A stretch of 63,311 nt of DNA, filler included, from Reticulomyxa filosa (taxonomy: Eukaryota; Protista; Foraminifera): assembly GCA_000512085.1 (NCBI GenBank). It is 21 parts of 21 records of this genome, joined end to end, with 100 filler letters (N's around TTAATTAATTAA, not from the genome) between each part and the next. Parts side by side here need not be neighbours in the genome. Positions count along the whole stretch, not along the records: positions 62,246 to 63,311 come from ASPP01047510.1; 20 more parts are not named here. The stretch is one strand, 5' to 3'. The notes below the pieces were generated by a model, which saw nothing but the letters and a program-made list of their open reading frames with translations, did not search any database and was not told the DNA's origin. Shown piece by piece: positions 62,652-63,311 of this stretch. The number at the start of each line of letters is the position of its first letter. The stretch's first letter is position 1. The position numbers and the translations under genes were made by a program.

Positions 62652-63241
62652 ATGGGAAAGCGAGGTTTATCAAAACAGCGCACATTAACATTTGGTCAAA
62701 AGAAAAAAATATCATCAAGTCAAGGAGGTGATAGAAAAAAAGTGGCAGCAAAGCGTGTGTCAGCAAAATGGGCAACATCAAAGAAGACAGGATTCAAGAG
62801 AAAGCAGTCGTCGCAGGCATTGCGACTTCGGCAAGAGAAGTTGCAAAAGAATAGAAGAGAAGCAATAGAAAATCAGAGACAGCGATCAAAGCGAACAAAA
62901 AAGCAGCCAAAAAGTTTGGAATATTGGAGGAACTTGAAAGCAGCAAACCCTCGTCAAGTGAAAGGATTGAAATCGAAATTGAGCATATTGCAAGTATCGC
63001 ACCACCGAAGAGCGGAGTCGAACAGTTTTGACGAAACATTTCGCGACTCGTACTTTGCATCAAAAGTGAAGCAGATTCCACAAATGAGTCGCAGTGTGGA
63101 AATGTTTGAATTGCAAGATGAGTTGGGGCCAATGGCCGCGAGTTTGCCGCACGTGCTGTTACATAAGCAGCAAATTTTCCAATGTCTTATGACCTTTCTG
63201 TCCAATGAGCATTATCGATCTTTGGTGAGGCATGGTGTCAG
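62652..63241 (+). CDS. Hypothetical basic (K/R-rich) protein, first exon
   Basis: ~197-codon ORF ending at a GT donor (AG|GTAACT) before a T-rich tract. No family recognised. Confidence 0.55.
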
Positions 63242-63273
63242 GTAACTGTGTATATTGTTGTGTGTAGTATTTC

Positions 63274-63311
<38 letters not shown>

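Overview
This is not one continuous locus. It is a concatenation of 21 short contigs joined by an artificial 100-nt linker (N44-TTAATTAATTAA-N44), so adjacency across linkers is meaningless. Almost all contigs are AT-rich, intron-containing eukaryotic DNA whose expanded, often pseudogenised WD40 and Kelch-like families strongly resemble the foraminiferan Reticulomyxa filosa (my inference, not verified by a search). Recognisable genes include a CHD-type SNF2 remodeller, V-ATPase subunit c, a COG0523/CobW GTPase, a WNK-like kinase, an MFS transporter, a C2H2 factor, ACAD8, a cNMP-binding protein, a TM-RGS protein, an RNF213-like fragment and an RBR-type fragment. There is also a CRE-like retrotransposon RT, an RNase H remnant, several pseudogenes and one clearly bacterial contig. 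Most interesting: (1) a roughly 33-37 aa module (E..E.Q.II.[HY]W[IV]R...IK.GWI.DF.K.[IV]..Y) carried on its own phase-0/phase-0 exon, found N-terminal to WD40 propellers, C-terminal to a Kelch-like domain, and splicing a Kelch-like domain to a WD40 domain, which makes it a candidate uncharacterised F-box/SOCS-box-like adaptor system spread by exon shuffling; (2) a dispersed ~70-nt repeat in two contigs with compensatory base-pair changes, a candidate retroelement-linked structured RNA; (3) a GC-rich multibranch fold-back at 60785-60917; (4) a DEP-domain/flavin-disulfide reductase fusion in which the interchange Cys is replaced by His; (5) an aberrant tRNA-like element.
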